Source: Alphaproteobacteria bacterium (GTDB lineage Bacteria > Pseudomonadota > Alphaproteobacteria > UBA2966). Taken from it: a stretch of 64,000 nt of DNA. Both the position numbers and the translations under genes were made by a program. Positions 10,347 through 20,776 of the stretch are shown one piece after another. The notes under the pieces were generated by a model. That model made no database searches. It was not told the DNA's origin and was given only the letters and a program-made list of their open reading frames with translations. Each line of letters opens with the position of its first letter. Position 1 is the stretch's first letter. The stretch spans positions 160,001-224,000 of the forward strand of contig OZ219856.1 of the NCBI GenBank assembly GCA_964291395.2. Direction: 5' to 3'.

Positions 10347-11959
10347 CGCTGACCGTGTCCGGAGTTGGCATGAGGTTCGGCGGCCTCGAGGCGTTGCGCG
10401 ACATCACCTTCAGCGTCGACGGCGGCGAGCTCGTCGCCATCATCGGACCCAACGGGGCCGGCAAGAGCACGCTGATCAACATCATTTGCGGGAATTACCT
10501 GCCGACCGCCGGTGCGATCGAATTCAAGCAGCGGCGCATCAGCGGCCTGCCGCCGCACATCATGAACCCGCTCGGCATCGTGCGGACGTTCCAGACCATA
10601 GAGCTGTTCAAGGAGCTTACGGTCCACGAGAACGTCATGGCGGGCGGTGTCGCGGGGACGGCGGTGGGTGTCACGCCCAGCCTGATTCGATGGCCCAGCG
10701 TCTCGCGGTCGGAGAAGGCGCTGTCCCGAATGGCCGACGAGTACCTGGAACTCGTCGGTCTCGACCGGCGGCGGGACGTGGCGGCATCGGTCTTGTCGGC
10801 GGGACAGCAGCGATTGCTGATCATCGCGCGGGCGCTCGCAAGCGGCGCGGATTGGCTCTTCCTCGACGAGCCCGGCGCCGGGTTGAACCCGGTCGCCAAG
10901 GAACGACTTGCAGAAGTGATCCTGCGGCTGCGGAACCATGGCAAGACCATCGTGTTCGTCGAGCATGACATGGGTTTCATCGGCAGCGTCGCCGAACGCA
11001 TCATCGTTATCGACCGGGGCCGTGTGATCGCCGACGACGTTCCGGAGAAGATCCGCTCGGACGAACGTGTCATATCCGCGTATCTCGGCGCCAGATCGGC
11101 CTCGGCCAGAGGCAATCGGAAGGTCACGACTCCGACTGCGAAAAAAGAAGCCGCACCCCTCCTGGACATTCGGGGCCTCACGGTCAGGTACGGGGGACTG
11201 ACCGCGCTCGAGGACGCCAATCTCACACTCATGCCCGGCGAGCTCGTCGCGGTCGTGGGAGCCAACGGCGCGGGAAAGAGTACGCTGCTCAAGGCCATCA
11301 TGGGCGAAGCGCCGGTCGCGGAAGGGAAAATTTTCCTCAACGGTCAGGACGCCACCCGTTGGACGCCGCGCCAGTTCGTCACCGCGGGCGTAAGCATGTG
11401 TCCCGAAGGCCGTCAGCTATTCGGCTCGCTGAGCGTCCTCGACAACCTGAAGCTCGGCCGCTATACGCAGGTCGGCACTCTCGAGCGATGGCTGCCGCGA
11501 ATCATGCGCGCCAATCATGGCGTCGGCGATACCGACCGGCTGATCGAAGAGGTGTTCGAGGTTTTCCCCTTGTTGCGCGAGCGCCGGAACCAGCCCGCCG
11601 GAACGCTCAGTGGGGGCGAAGGGCAGGTCCTCGCGGTTGGGCGCGCACTCATGAACACGCCCGGTCTCCTGGTGCTGGACGAGCCCTCTCTGGGGGTGGC
11701 GCCCCGGATGATCGTGGAGATATTCGAACGCCTGATGGTGCTGCAGCAGCGGGGCCTGACAATCTTGCTCGTCGAGCAGAACGCTCGTGCGGCGCTGGAG
11801 ATCGCCGACCGCGGCTATGTCCTCGACTCCGGAAGCATCGTAGCGGAGGGCATGGCCGTCGAGCTGCTGGAGAGCGAGAGCATGGCAGAGGCCTATCTCG
11901 GCGCTTTTCCGATGTCCGGGGAAACGCGGGCCGTGCGAACGGGCGGGGCGCATGCGTAA
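10343..11959 (+). CDS. Fused LivG-LivF double ABC ATPase
   Basis: Two Walker A motifs (GPNGAGKST, GANGAGKST) and two signature motifs (LSAGQ, LSGGE) in one ORF. Confidence 0.9.
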   Translation: MTLTVSGVGMRFGGLEALRDITFSVDGGELVAIIGPNGAGKSTLINIICGNYLPTAGAIEFKQRRISGLPPHIMNPLGIVRTFQTIELFKELTVHENVMAGGVAGTAVGVTPSLIRWPSVSRSEKALSRMADEYLELVGLDRRRDVAASVLSAGQQRLLIIARALASGADWLFLDEPGAGLNPVAKERLAEVILRLRNHGKTIVFVEHDMGFIGSVAERIIVIDRGRVIADDVPEKIRSDERVISAYLGARSASARGNRKVTTPTAKKEAAPLLDIRGLTVRYGGLTALEDANLTLMPGELVAVVGANGAGKSTLLKAIMGEAPVAEGKIFLNGQDATRWTPRQFVTAGVSMCPEGRQLFGSLSVLDNLKLGRYTQVGTLERWLPRIMRANHGVGDTDRLIEEVFEVFPLLRERRNQPAGTLSGGEGQVLAVGRALMNTPGLLVLDEPSLGVAPRMIVEIFERLMVLQQRGLTILLVEQNARAALEIADRGYVLDSGSIVAEGMAVELLESESMAEAYLGAFPMSGETRAVRTGGAHA

Positions 11960-12075
11960 CGAGCTACGGCGTGGAGTGAGTGGCAAAGAGCCGGGCCTGG
12001 GATGGCCCATAACCTGCCAGCCGAGGAGTACCAACCACGATCGGAGGGCGGAGCAACAAGCGACAGGAGGCTGAA

Positions 12076-13221
12076 GTGAAAAGGTGGATAGGTTTAATTG
12101 GAGCGCTTGCCATCATCGTCGGCGGCAGCGCGCAAGCTCAGGACACCATCAGGATCGGATCCCTGTTCGAGACGTCCGGATTCCTTGCGTTCCTGGGCAA
12201 TCAGGGATTGGAGGGCGCAAACCTCGCGGCCGAGGAGATCAACGCGTCTGGCGGCATCGACGGCAAGCAGATCGAGCTCATCAACTTCAACACGGAGAGC
12301 GACGAGACGAAGTCCGTGATCGGTGCCAAGAAGCTGATCGAACGCGACAAGGTCGTTGCCTTGATCGGCGCCATGAACAGTGGCTCCACGTTCTCGATCA
12401 TCGATATCGTCCAGCGTGCCCGGATTCCAATTGTTTCGAACGGCGCCTCGCGCGCCATATCGACGCCGGTGAACGAAAAGAAATGGATCTTCCAGGCGCC
12501 GCTCACCGACGTGCTGGTTATCAACGTGCTCATCGACCACTTCAAGGAACAGGGCATCAGCAAGATCGCGCTCAACAATGCCGATTCCGGATTTGCCACC
12601 AGTGGCATGAAGCAGTGGCAACGGATTGCGCCCGAGCGCGGGATCGACATCGTCATTCAACAGACCTACGGCAACAACGATCCCGATATGACCCCGCAGT
12701 TGACGAATATCCGGGCCGAGAGCGACGTGCAGGCCGTCGTGCAGTGGGGAACCGGAAAGGGCCAGGCGATCGTCGCCAAGAACTACCGGCAGTTGGGTAT
12801 CGACAAGCCGCTCTACTACTCACACGCGGCGAGCGACCCGAACCTGATCAAGCTCGCCGGAGACGCCGCGAACGGAATCATCTTCCCCACGTCCAAGATC
12901 GCCGTGGTGGATGAGTTGCCCGATTCGGACCCGCAGAAGAAGGTCACCGCGAACTTTATCGAGAAGTTCAATGCCAAGTACGGGCGTGGTCCGGCGACGT
13001 TCGCGGGCAATGGCTATGACAGCATGATGATGCTCGCCGATGCCATCCGTCGCGCGGGGAGCACGGATCCCGCGAAGATTCGCGATGCCTTCGAGCAGAC
13101 GACCAACTACCCGGGCGTGACATCCGTTTACACCTATTCGGCGACGGATCACTACGGGGCCCAACCGGAAGGCGTCGCCTTGCAGATGATCAGGGACGGC
13201 GAAGTCCGTTTGTACAAGTAG
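12076..13221 (+). CDS. HAAT ABC transporter substrate-binding protein
   Basis: Signal peptide; EEINASGGIDGKQIEL; DMTPQLTNIR. Confidence 0.92.
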   Translation: MKRWIGLIGALAIIVGGSAQAQDTIRIGSLFETSGFLAFLGNQGLEGANLAAEEINASGGIDGKQIELINFNTESDETKSVIGAKKLIERDKVVALIGAMNSGSTFSIIDIVQRARIPIVSNGASRAISTPVNEKKWIFQAPLTDVLVINVLIDHFKEQGISKIALNNADSGFATSGMKQWQRIAPERGIDIVIQQTYGNNDPDMTPQLTNIRAESDVQAVVQWGTGKGQAIVAKNYRQLGIDKPLYYSHAASDPNLIKLAGDAANGIIFPTSKIAVVDELPDSDPQKKVTANFIEKFNAKYGRGPATFAGNGYDSMMMLADAIRRAGSTDPAKIRDAFEQTTNYPGVTSVYTYSATDHYGAQPEGVALQMIRDGEVRLYK

Positions 13222-13325
13222 TGGGTGTTGCGGCGGGGACGGGGTCGCCCGATCCCGCCCCGCCCGTTGTCGTGCGGCGGTATCGGGGGCCACGCGGGGA
13301 GGGGTAAGGAAGGAGGAGCGGAGCC

Positions 13326-14693
13326 ATGAACGTATTGCAGAAGACAGAGCCGCGGCCGTACTCGGGGTATTATCTGCGCGATGTCCCCGAACCCGACGCC
13401 GAACTGACCCGGACAGGCCCGGGAACGCCCATGGGCGAGCTCATGCGCCGGTTCTGGCAGCCGGTGTGCCTCTCGTCGGAGATCGCCGATCTTCCCCACG
13501 CCGCTCGCATCCTGGGTGAGGACTTGGTGGTCTTCCGCGACCAGCGGGGCGAAGTCGGCGTCCTTCTCCGTCATTGCAGCCATCGGGGTACCTCGCTGGA
13601 GTATGGCATCGTTTCCGAACGCGGCATCCGCTGCTGCTATCACGGCTGGCTCTTCGATATCGACGGGACCGTTCTTGAAACGCCGGGAGAGCCCCCCGAC
13701 AGCGCGATGAAGGATACGCTGCGCCACGGCGCATATCCGGCCCGCGAGTACAAGGGACTGGTGTTCGCCTACATGGGGCCGCCTGACGAGCAACCCGAAT
13801 TCCCGATCCTGGATACTTACGGCAAGCCCGACAATGAAATGGTCCCCTATTCGGTTTGGCACCCCTGCAACTGGCTGCAGGTAAAGGAGAATTTCGTCGA
13901 CCCGGCGCATGCCTACTTCTTGCACAGCACCATCACGACCGTGCAGTTCAGCGATGCCTGGGCCGAAATGCCGACGTTCGACTGGGATGAGACCCCCGAC
14001 CGGCAGGGAATGTACTACATCACCGCGCGCCGGGTGGATGAGCGGGTCTGGATCAGGTCCAATCACATTTGGCTACCGAATGTCGGGCAAGTGGGCGCCC
14101 TGTTGGAAAAAGCGGAGCAGGAGAAATTCTTCAATCGTGTCAGCATCACGCGTTGGACCGTGCCGATCGACGACACGCACGCCTGGATCATCGGCTGGCG
14201 CCACTTCAACAAGGATGTCGATCCGTTTGATGAAGGCCGGCGGGACGAGTGCGGCGCCGGCTCCGTGGATTTCGAAGGCCAGACCGGCAACCGCTCCTAC
14301 GAAGAGAAGCAACGGGTTCCCGGCGATTGGGACGCCCAGGTCAGCCAACGGGAGATCGCCGTCCATGCCTTGGAGCATCTCGGTTACACGGACGGGGGAG
14401 TCGCCATGTGGCGGCGGATCCTGAGACGAGCGGCGCGGGGAGAGATGGACGTCACGGCTCAGCGACCGCGCGCGGGCGGCGACCCGCTGCACACCTACAC
14501 TCACGATACCGTGCTCGAAATCGCCGAGACGCCGGAGGAGGACAGCCATCGCCTGAAGGCCATCGGCCGCGATGTGCTGGGCGCCATTCTGTCCGGCGAC
14601 GCCTACGACGGAGATCCGAGGCAGATCCACATCGAGAAGGCCCTCAACGAGGTGAAGGCCAAGTATGGAGGCTCTGCACGAACTCCCGCGTGA
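13326..14693 (+). CDS. Rieske non-heme iron oxygenase alpha subunit (phthalate dioxygenase/LigX-like group)
   Basis: TGPGTPMGELMRRFWQP; Rieske motifs CSHRG and CCYHGW; mononuclear Fe motif ENFVDPAHAYFLH. Confidence 0.9.
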   Translation: MNVLQKTEPRPYSGYYLRDVPEPDAELTRTGPGTPMGELMRRFWQPVCLSSEIADLPHAARILGEDLVVFRDQRGEVGVLLRHCSHRGTSLEYGIVSERGIRCCYHGWLFDIDGTVLETPGEPPDSAMKDTLRHGAYPAREYKGLVFAYMGPPDEQPEFPILDTYGKPDNEMVPYSVWHPCNWLQVKENFVDPAHAYFLHSTITTVQFSDAWAEMPTFDWDETPDRQGMYYITARRVDERVWIRSNHIWLPNVGQVGALLEKAEQEKFFNRVSITRWTVPIDDTHAWIIGWRHFNKDVDPFDEGRRDECGAGSVDFEGQTGNRSYEEKQRVPGDWDAQVSQREIAVHALEHLGYTDGGVAMWRRILRRAARGEMDVTAQRPRAGGDPLHTYTHDTVLEIAETPEEDSHRLKAIGRDVLGAILSGDAYDGDPRQIHIEKALNEVKAKYGGSARTPA

Positions 14694-14725
14694 TCCGCCT
14701 CGACGCGACCGGCTTGCGGGGAAGT

Positions 14726-14760
14726 GGCCGGTTCATATGGCACCTGAACCGGCCGGTTCA
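14726..14760. terminator. Hairpin/palindrome between convergent genes
   Basis: GGCCGGTTCA-N9-TGAACCGGCC, with an overlapping second GGCCGGTTCA followed by AAATATT. Confidence 0.4.
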
Positions 14761-14886
14761 AAATATTCCATCGGCCGTGCTCCCGGGCTTTCGCCGCCGA
14801 CGATCACCCAGTGGTGCCGTCGAGGTCGAGGTGTTCGACGGATCCGATCAGGGGTTCGACATATCGGTGGCTTATGATTCGGGGTC

Positions 14887-16101
14887 CTAGTTGTATTGCC
14901 GCAGCTCGAGGCGGGCGACCTGGTCGGTGTGCACCTCGTCGGGGCCGTCGGCAAGCCGCAGGGTCCGCGCCCAGGAGTAGGACCACGCCATGTGGAAGTC
15001 GTCCGACACCCCGCCGCCGCCGTGGATTTGAATGGCGCGGTCGATCACCCGGCAGGCCATCTGCGGCGCCACCACCTTGATCATGCCGATGTCCTTGCGG
15101 GCTTCCTTGGAACCGACGGTATCCATGCGCCACGCCGCGTGAAGCGTGAGCAGGCGGGCCTGGTCGATCTCCATGCGCGATTGCGCGATCTGCTGCTTGA
15201 CCACGCCCTGCTCGGCGATCGGCTTGCCGAACGCGACCCGCTCGCGGGCGCGGCGGCAGGCGGCCTCGAGCGCCCGCTCGGCCTGGCCGATGGTTCGCAT
15301 GCAATGGTGGATGCGGCCCGGGCCCAGGCGGCCCTGCGCTATCTCGAACCCGCGGCCGTCGCCGAGCAGCATGTTCGACGCCGGAACCCGGACGTCGGTG
15401 AGCCGGACCTCGCAATGACCGTGCGGCGCGTCGTCGTAGCCGAATACGCTCAACGGGCGGACGACTTCGACGCCCGGCGTGTCCATGGGCACGATGATGA
15501 TGGCGTGTTGCTTGTGACGTTCGGCGTCCGGGTTCGACTTGCCCATGACCAGCAGCAACCTGCAGCGCGGATCGCCGACCCCGCTGATCCACCACTTGTG
15601 GCCGTTGACCACGTAGTCGTCTCCGTTTCGGAGGATGGTGGTCTGGAGATTCGTCGGATCGGACGACGCGACGGCCGGCTCGGTCATGGCGATGGCCGAG
15701 CGGATCTCGCCTTCCAGCAGGGGGATCGCCCATTCCCGCTTCTGCTCTTCCGTGCCGAAGCGCAGCAGGGTTTCCATGTTCCCGGTGTCGGGCGCGGAGC
15801 AGTTGAACGCTTCGGGCGCAATGTGGGAGCGGCCCATGACTTCGCACAGCGGCGCATACTCGAGGATCGTCAGCTCGGCGCCGTAGCCTTCGTAGGCGAT
15901 GTCCGCAGGCAGCCAAAGGTTCCAAAGTCCTTCCGCGCGGGCCTTGTCCTTGATCTCCTCGATGATCGGGGCCGGCTCCCAACGGTCTCCTTTCGCCACC
16001 TGCTCGTGGAAAACGCTTTCGTTGGGATAGACGTGCGCTTCCATGAAGGTGAGAAGACGCTCCTTGAGTTCCCGGGTTCGCGGAGAGAGTTCGAAATCCA
16101 T
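14887..16101 (-). CDS. Acyl-CoA dehydrogenase (ACAD10/11 or LvaC-like)
   Basis: [47 protein letters not shown]. Confidence 0.93.
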   Translation of the reverse strand: MDFELSPRTRELKERLLTFMEAHVYPNESVFHEQVAKGDRWEPAPIIEEIKDKARAEGLWNLWLPADIAYEGYGAELTILEYAPLCEVMGRSHIAPEAFNCSAPDTGNMETLLRFGTEEQKREWAIPLLEGEIRSAIAMTEPAVASSDPTNLQTTILRNGDDYVVNGHKWWISGVGDPRCRLLLVMGKSNPDAERHKQHAIIIVPMDTPGVEVVRPLSVFGYDDAPHGHCEVRLTDVRVPASNMLLGDGRGFEIAQGRLGPGRIHHCMRTIGQAERALEAACRRARERVAFGKPIAEQGVVKQQIAQSRMEIDQARLLTLHAAWRMDTVGSKEARKDIGMIKVVAPQMACRVIDRAIQIHGGGGVSDDFHMAWSYSWARTLRLADGPDEVHTDQVARLELRQYN

Positions 16102-16167
16102 GTGTCCCGTCCGTCGTCGAGTGTGAGGAATAGGTGCCGGAACGATACCCCGGCGTATCCGCCGAAT

Positions 16168-16626
16168 TTAGCGTCTGTCCCGGAAAAAGTCGCGCAGCAG
16201 CGCCGCGGCGCGCGACTCGTCCATGCCGCCGTAGACTTCCGGAACGTGATGGCAGGTCCGCTGGGCGAAAATCCGCGGACCGTGTTCGACGCCACCGCCC
16301 TTTTCGTCCGGCGCCCCGAAGTAGAGCCGGCGGATCCGGGCGAAAGAGATGGCCTGGGCACACATGGGGCATGGTTCCAGCGTGACATACATGTCCAACC
16401 CCTCGAGACGTTCGCTGCCGGCGGCGCGACAGGCCGCCCGAATGGCCAGCAGCTCGGCGTGGGCGGTGGGGTCCCGGCGTTCGATGACCCGGTTGCCGTC
16501 CGCCGCGATCACACGCCGTTCAACCGGATCGACGATGACGGCGCCGACCGGGACTTCCCGGCGCGCCGCGGCGCGTTCCGCTTCGCTCAAGGCGAGAGGC
16601 ATGAATCCGGCTTGACCTTCCGACAC
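16168..16626 (-). CDS. tadA: tRNA adenosine deaminase
   Basis: EVPVGAV, PTAHAE and TLEPCPMCA zinc-deaminase motifs. Confidence 0.85.
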   Translation of the reverse strand: MSEGQAGFMPLALSEAERAAARREVPVGAVIVDPVERRVIAADGNRVIERRDPTAHAELLAIRAACRAAGSERLEGLDMYVTLEPCPMCAQAISFARIRRLYFGAPDEKGGGVEHGPRIFAQRTCHHVPEVYGGMDESRAAALLRDFFRDRR

Positions 16627-16736
16627 GATTCGAACCCAGATGCAATGCCCGTGCGCGCGATGCAGTCCGACGCGACGGTGAACGAGACCTGGAATATCAC
16701 ATTGTCGCCGGGCTCTGCCCCGCATAAATTCACAAG

Positions 16737-17450
16737 ATGGCGGCACCGACGATCGGCCTCACGCTCGATTCCGAAGAGGCGGGCGGCTATTCGAACCAGC
16801 CATGGTACGCCGTTCGCCAGAACTACTGCGCCAGCGTCGACCGCGCGGGTGGATTGCCCATGCTCTTGCCGCACGCGACCGGGCGGGCGTCCGCATACCT
16901 CGACGCCATCGACGGACTGATCGTCACCGGCGGCCACTTCGACGTCGATCCCGCCCTGTTCGGTGCCGAAGACCGGCACGACACCGTCAAACTCAAGGCA
17001 GCGCGCACCGATTTCGAATTCGCCGTCACCCGCGGCGCGCTCGAGCGCGACATGCCGGTGCTCGGCATCTGCGGCGGCCAGCAGCTCCTGCACGTGGTCC
17101 TCGGAGGCACGCTGATCCAGCACATCCCCGACGAGATCCCGGGCGCCTTGGCTCACGAACAGCCCAATCCGCGGACCGAACCCGGCCACACGGTCCGCAT
17201 CGAGCCGGGGACGTTGTTGCACGGCATCGTCGAGTCCGATGAGCTGGACGTGAACAGCGCGCACCATCAGGCGGCCAAGGACGCGCCCGCCGGAGTCGTG
17301 GTCAACGCGGTCGCACCCGACGGCGTGATCGAAGGGATCGAGGCGCCCGATCACGGGTTCTGCCTGGGCGTGCAGTGGCATCCGGAGTACGACGTCAACC
17401 CCGGAGACGGCAGGATCTTCAAAGCCTTCGTCGCGGCTTGCGGCGGTTGA
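16737..17450 (+). CDS. Gamma-glutamyl-gamma-aminobutyrate hydrolase family (peptidase C26)
   Basis: LGICGGQQ, VNSAHHQA, GVQWHPE. Confidence 0.9.
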   Translation: MAAPTIGLTLDSEEAGGYSNQPWYAVRQNYCASVDRAGGLPMLLPHATGRASAYLDAIDGLIVTGGHFDVDPALFGAEDRHDTVKLKAARTDFEFAVTRGALERDMPVLGICGGQQLLHVVLGGTLIQHIPDEIPGALAHEQPNPRTEPGHTVRIEPGTLLHGIVESDELDVNSAHHQAAKDAPAGVVVNAVAPDGVIEGIEAPDHGFCLGVQWHPEYDVNPGDGRIFKAFVAACGG

Positions 17451-17452
17451 AC

Positions 17453-18193
17453 ATGGGCGCGCCGGTCAGGGAACGCGTCGCCAAACGGCTGTCGATGGCC
17501 GGGGTCTGTTCCCGGCGCGAAGCAGAAAGATGGATCTCCGACGGCCGGGTCGCGGTTGACAGCGTGGTTCTCGAGTCGCCTGCCGTGCTCGTCACGCGCG
17601 AGAACGCGATCACCGTCGACGGCAAGCCGCTTCCCGACGATCCGCCCCCGCGCGTCTGGCGCCTGCACAAGCGCAGAGGACTGATCACGACGCACCGCGA
17701 TCCACAGGGCCGGCCGACGGTGTTCGACTCCCTGCCCGGAGACCTGCCGCGGGTGGTGTCCGTCGGGCGCCTCGACATGAACAGCGAAGGGCTTTTGCTG
17801 CTCACGACCCACGGCCCCTTGGCCAGACGGCTGGAGCTGCCTTCGACCGGCTGGATCCGCCGTTATCGCGTGCGCGTGTTCGGACGCCCCGAGGCCCGGC
17901 AGCTCTCCGCGCTCGCCGACGGCGTGACCGTGGACGGCGTGCGTTACGGTCCCGTCGTCGCGAAGCTCGATCATGCCCGGGGGGCGAACGCGTGGCTCAC
18001 GGTCGCCCTGAAGGAAGGCAAGAACCGTGAAGTGCGCCGCCTGATGGAGCATCTCGATCTCGGCGTCAGCCGGCTGATCCGGACCGCCTTCGGCCCCTTT
18101 CAGCTCGGCCGCCTCCGGCCCGGCGACGCCCGCGAGGTTCCCGGCAAGGTGATCAGGGAGCAACTGGGCGGCCTGATCGAAACCCATCCGTAA
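17453..18193 (+). CDS. RsuA/RluB-family rRNA pseudouridine synthase
   Basis: S4 domain (AKRLSMAGVCSRREAE), VGRLDMNSEGLLLLT, EGKNREVRR. Confidence 0.9.
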   Translation: MGAPVRERVAKRLSMAGVCSRREAERWISDGRVAVDSVVLESPAVLVTRENAITVDGKPLPDDPPPRVWRLHKRRGLITTHRDPQGRPTVFDSLPGDLPRVVSVGRLDMNSEGLLLLTTHGPLARRLELPSTGWIRRYRVRVFGRPEARQLSALADGVTVDGVRYGPVVAKLDHARGANAWLTVALKEGKNREVRRLMEHLDLGVSRLIRTAFGPFQLGRLRPGDAREVPGKVIREQLGGLIETHP

Positions 18194-18205
18194 CGGAGAA
18201 CGCGG

Positions 18206-18799
18206 GTGCGCATCGTCGGCGGCATGTTCCGGGGAAGACGGCTGGCGACGCCGCGGGGGCGGTCGATCCGGCCGACGTCGGACCGGGTTCGCGAAGCGTT
18301 GTTCGACGTTCTCCAGCACGGCCTGCAATCAATCCGACGGGGATCGTGGCCGAAGGATGCCCACGTACTCGACGTCTTCGCGGGAACGGGCGCGCTCGGA
18401 CTGGAAGCCCTGTCGCGCGGCGCCAGCCACGTCACGTTCATCGAGAAGGATTCCGCGGCCTGCCTCGTGATCGAACGCAACGCCAGAACGCTGCGGGTCA
18501 CGGAGCAGGTGACCCTCCTGCGGCGCAACGCGCTGCGCCCCGCGGCGCCGCCTTCGGGCGCGCCCGCCGCCGACATCCTTCTCATGGATCCTCCGTACCG
18601 CTCGGACCTGGCGGCACCCGCCCTGAAAGCGCTGCGTGCCCGCGGATGGATCGCGCGAGACGGCGTTTCCGTAGTCGAGACGGCGGCGGACGAGTCGCTC
18701 GAGCCGCCCCGCGGTTTCGCGCTCGCCGACGAGCGCCGCTACGGCGATACCGTTCTCTCGTTTCTGAGATGCCAAGGGCCGGACAACGCGGCCGTCTAG
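18206..18799 (+). CDS. rsmD: 16S rRNA m2G966 methyltransferase
   Basis: IRPTSDRVREALF, FAGTGALGLEALSRGA, DPPY. Confidence 0.93.
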   Translation: MRIVGGMFRGRRLATPRGRSIRPTSDRVREALFDVLQHGLQSIRRGSWPKDAHVLDVFAGTGALGLEALSRGASHVTFIEKDSAACLVIERNARTLRVTEQVTLLRRNALRPAAPPSGAPAADILLMDPPYRSDLAAPALKALRARGWIARDGVSVVETAADESLEPPRGFALADERRYGDTVLSFLRCQGPDNAAV

Positions 18800-18830
18800 G
18801 GAGGCTCCGGTCGAACCGGAGCCGCTCTAG

Positions 18831-20651
18831 CTAGCGGCGTCCGAACAGCCGCTCGATATCGGAGAGCTTGAGCTCGATGTAGGTCGGGCGGCCGTGATTG
18901 CACTGGCCGGAATGGGGGGTCACCTCCATCTCGCGAAGCAGGGCGTTCATCTCCTCCGCCGAAAGCTGCCTGCCCGCCCGCACGCTGCCGTGGCAGGCCA
19001 TGGTGCTGCATACGTCCGCGAGGCGTTCACGAAGGGCCAGCGCGTCTCCGAGATCGCGAAGACCGTCGACGAGGTCCTTCACCAGGGATGCCGCGTTCAC
19101 CTCGCCGAGAACCGCCGGAGTCTCGCGAACCACCACCGCGTCGGAACCGAACGGCTCGACCGACAGTCCGAGCTCGGAAATCTCGTCGGCGCGCGACCGC
19201 AACCGCGCAACGTCATCCTCGGGCAACTCGACGACTTCGGGCAGAAGCAGCATCTGACGGGCAACTCCGGCATGCGAGAGTTCCTTCTTGATGCGCTCGT
19301 ACACCAGCCGTTCGTGCGCGGCATGCTGGTCCACGATGACGATGCCGTCTTCGGTTTGCGAAAGGATATACGTCGCGTGCACCTGGCCGCGCGCGGTACC
19401 CAAAGGATAGGCGTGCGAGGGGCCGTCATCGCCCGCCACTTCGCCGGCGCCGGGCGGCGCCGAAGGCGCAAAGGCGGTGCCGGCGCCGGTCTCCAGCGGA
19501 CGCTGGAACGCGCCGGCGGCCTCCGCGAATCCCGTTCCGTGACGCGGATCGTGACGGGGGTAGGGTGCCGTGAACGGCCTGTCCTGCGGCGCCCCCGACC
19601 CGGTCCGGGCGGCGCCCAGCGCCGCCTGTCCCACCGTGGTCGACGCCCGGTGTCCCGCTTCGGCGAGACCGTGCCTGAGGGCGGAGACGATCAGGCCCCG
19701 GATCAGCCCCGAATCGCGGAACCGAACCTCCGCCTTCGCGGGATGCACGTTGACGTCGACGTCGCGCGCCGGCAGCTCGAGGAACAGCGCCACGACGGGA
19801 TGGCGGTCGCGGGCGAGCAGATCCTGATAGGCGGCCCGGACGGCGCCGCCGAACAGCTTGTCGCGGACCGGACGCCCGTTCACGAACAGGAACTGCATCC
19901 GGGCGTTGCCCCGGTTGAACGTGGGCAGGCCCGCGTAGCCGGACAACGTGACGCCGTCGCGCTCGGCCTGGATGGGGACCGCGTTCTCCACGAAGTCCCG
20001 GCCGACGATCTCCCCCAACCTGTCGAGGCGGGCGGCGAACAGATCCTCCTGGCGGGCCGCCGCGCGAACGACCTCGCGGGAGCCGTCGCCGACGGAGAAC
20101 GCGATCCCGGGATGGGCCAGCGCCAAGCGCCTGACGGCATCCACGGCATGGCCGAACTCCGTCCGTTCCGTCTTGAGAAACTTGAGCCGCGCGGGCGTCG
20201 CGTAGAACAGGTCCCGCACCTCGATCCGGGTCCCCGGCGGATGCCCGGCCGGCGCCATGTCACCGACCGTGCCGCCCTCGACGGTCAACGTCCAGGCCGC
20301 CGCCGCGTCACCCGTGCGGCTCGTCAACGACAGACGACTGACCGCTCCGATGGAGGGCAGGGCCTCGCCCCGGAATCCCAGGGTCGCGATGTCCAGCAGA
20401 TCGTCGGAGGCGAGTTTCGACGTCGCGTGGCGCTCGACGGCGAGGCGGAGTTCCTCGGGCGTCATGCCGATACCGTCATCGACGACCACGATGCCCGTAC
20501 GTCCGCCGTCGGTCACCGTCACGTCGATCCGCCGGGCGTCCGCATCGATGGCGTTCTCGACGAGTTCCTTGACGGCGGCGCCGGGCCGCTCGATCACTTC
20601 ACCGGCCGCGATGCGGCTGACGAGCGATTCCGGAAGGCGTCGAATGGTCAT
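18831..20651 (-). CDS. mutL: DNA mismatch repair protein MutL
   Basis: [17 protein letters not shown]; endonuclease motifs DQHAAHER and CNHGRP. Confidence 0.97.
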   Translation of the reverse strand: MTIRRLPESLVSRIAAGEVIERPGAAVKELVENAIDADARRIDVTVTDGGRTGIVVVDDGIGMTPEELRLAVERHATSKLASDDLLDIATLGFRGEALPSIGAVSRLSLTSRTGDAAAAWTLTVEGGTVGDMAPAGHPPGTRIEVRDLFYATPARLKFLKTERTEFGHAVDAVRRLALAHPGIAFSVGDGSREVVRAAARQEDLFAARLDRLGEIVGRDFVENAVPIQAERDGVTLSGYAGLPTFNRGNARMQFLFVNGRPVRDKLFGGAVRAAYQDLLARDRHPVVALFLELPARDVDVNVHPAKAEVRFRDSGLIRGLIVSALRHGLAEAGHRASTTVGQAALGAARTGSGAPQDRPFTAPYPRHDPRHGTGFAEAAGAFQRPLETGAGTAFAPSAPPGAGEVAGDDGPSHAYPLGTARGQVHATYILSQTEDGIVIVDQHAAHERLVYERIKKELSHAGVARQMLLLPEVVELPEDDVARLRSRADEISELGLSVEPFGSDAVVVRETPAVLGEVNAASLVKDLVDGLRDLGDALALRERLADVCSTMACHGSVRAGRQLSAEEMNALLREMEVTPHSGQCNHGRPTYIELKLSDIERLFGRR

Positions 20652-20776
20652 GCGAATCGGGAATGCCGGTGTGCGGGGCTCGTGGCGGACGGCCTTCGGT
20701 CCGTCCGGCCGCATCCTACCACGGCGAGAACCGTCATGTACGGATCTGCCGGCACCGGGGAGGCGAGACGAAGCGC

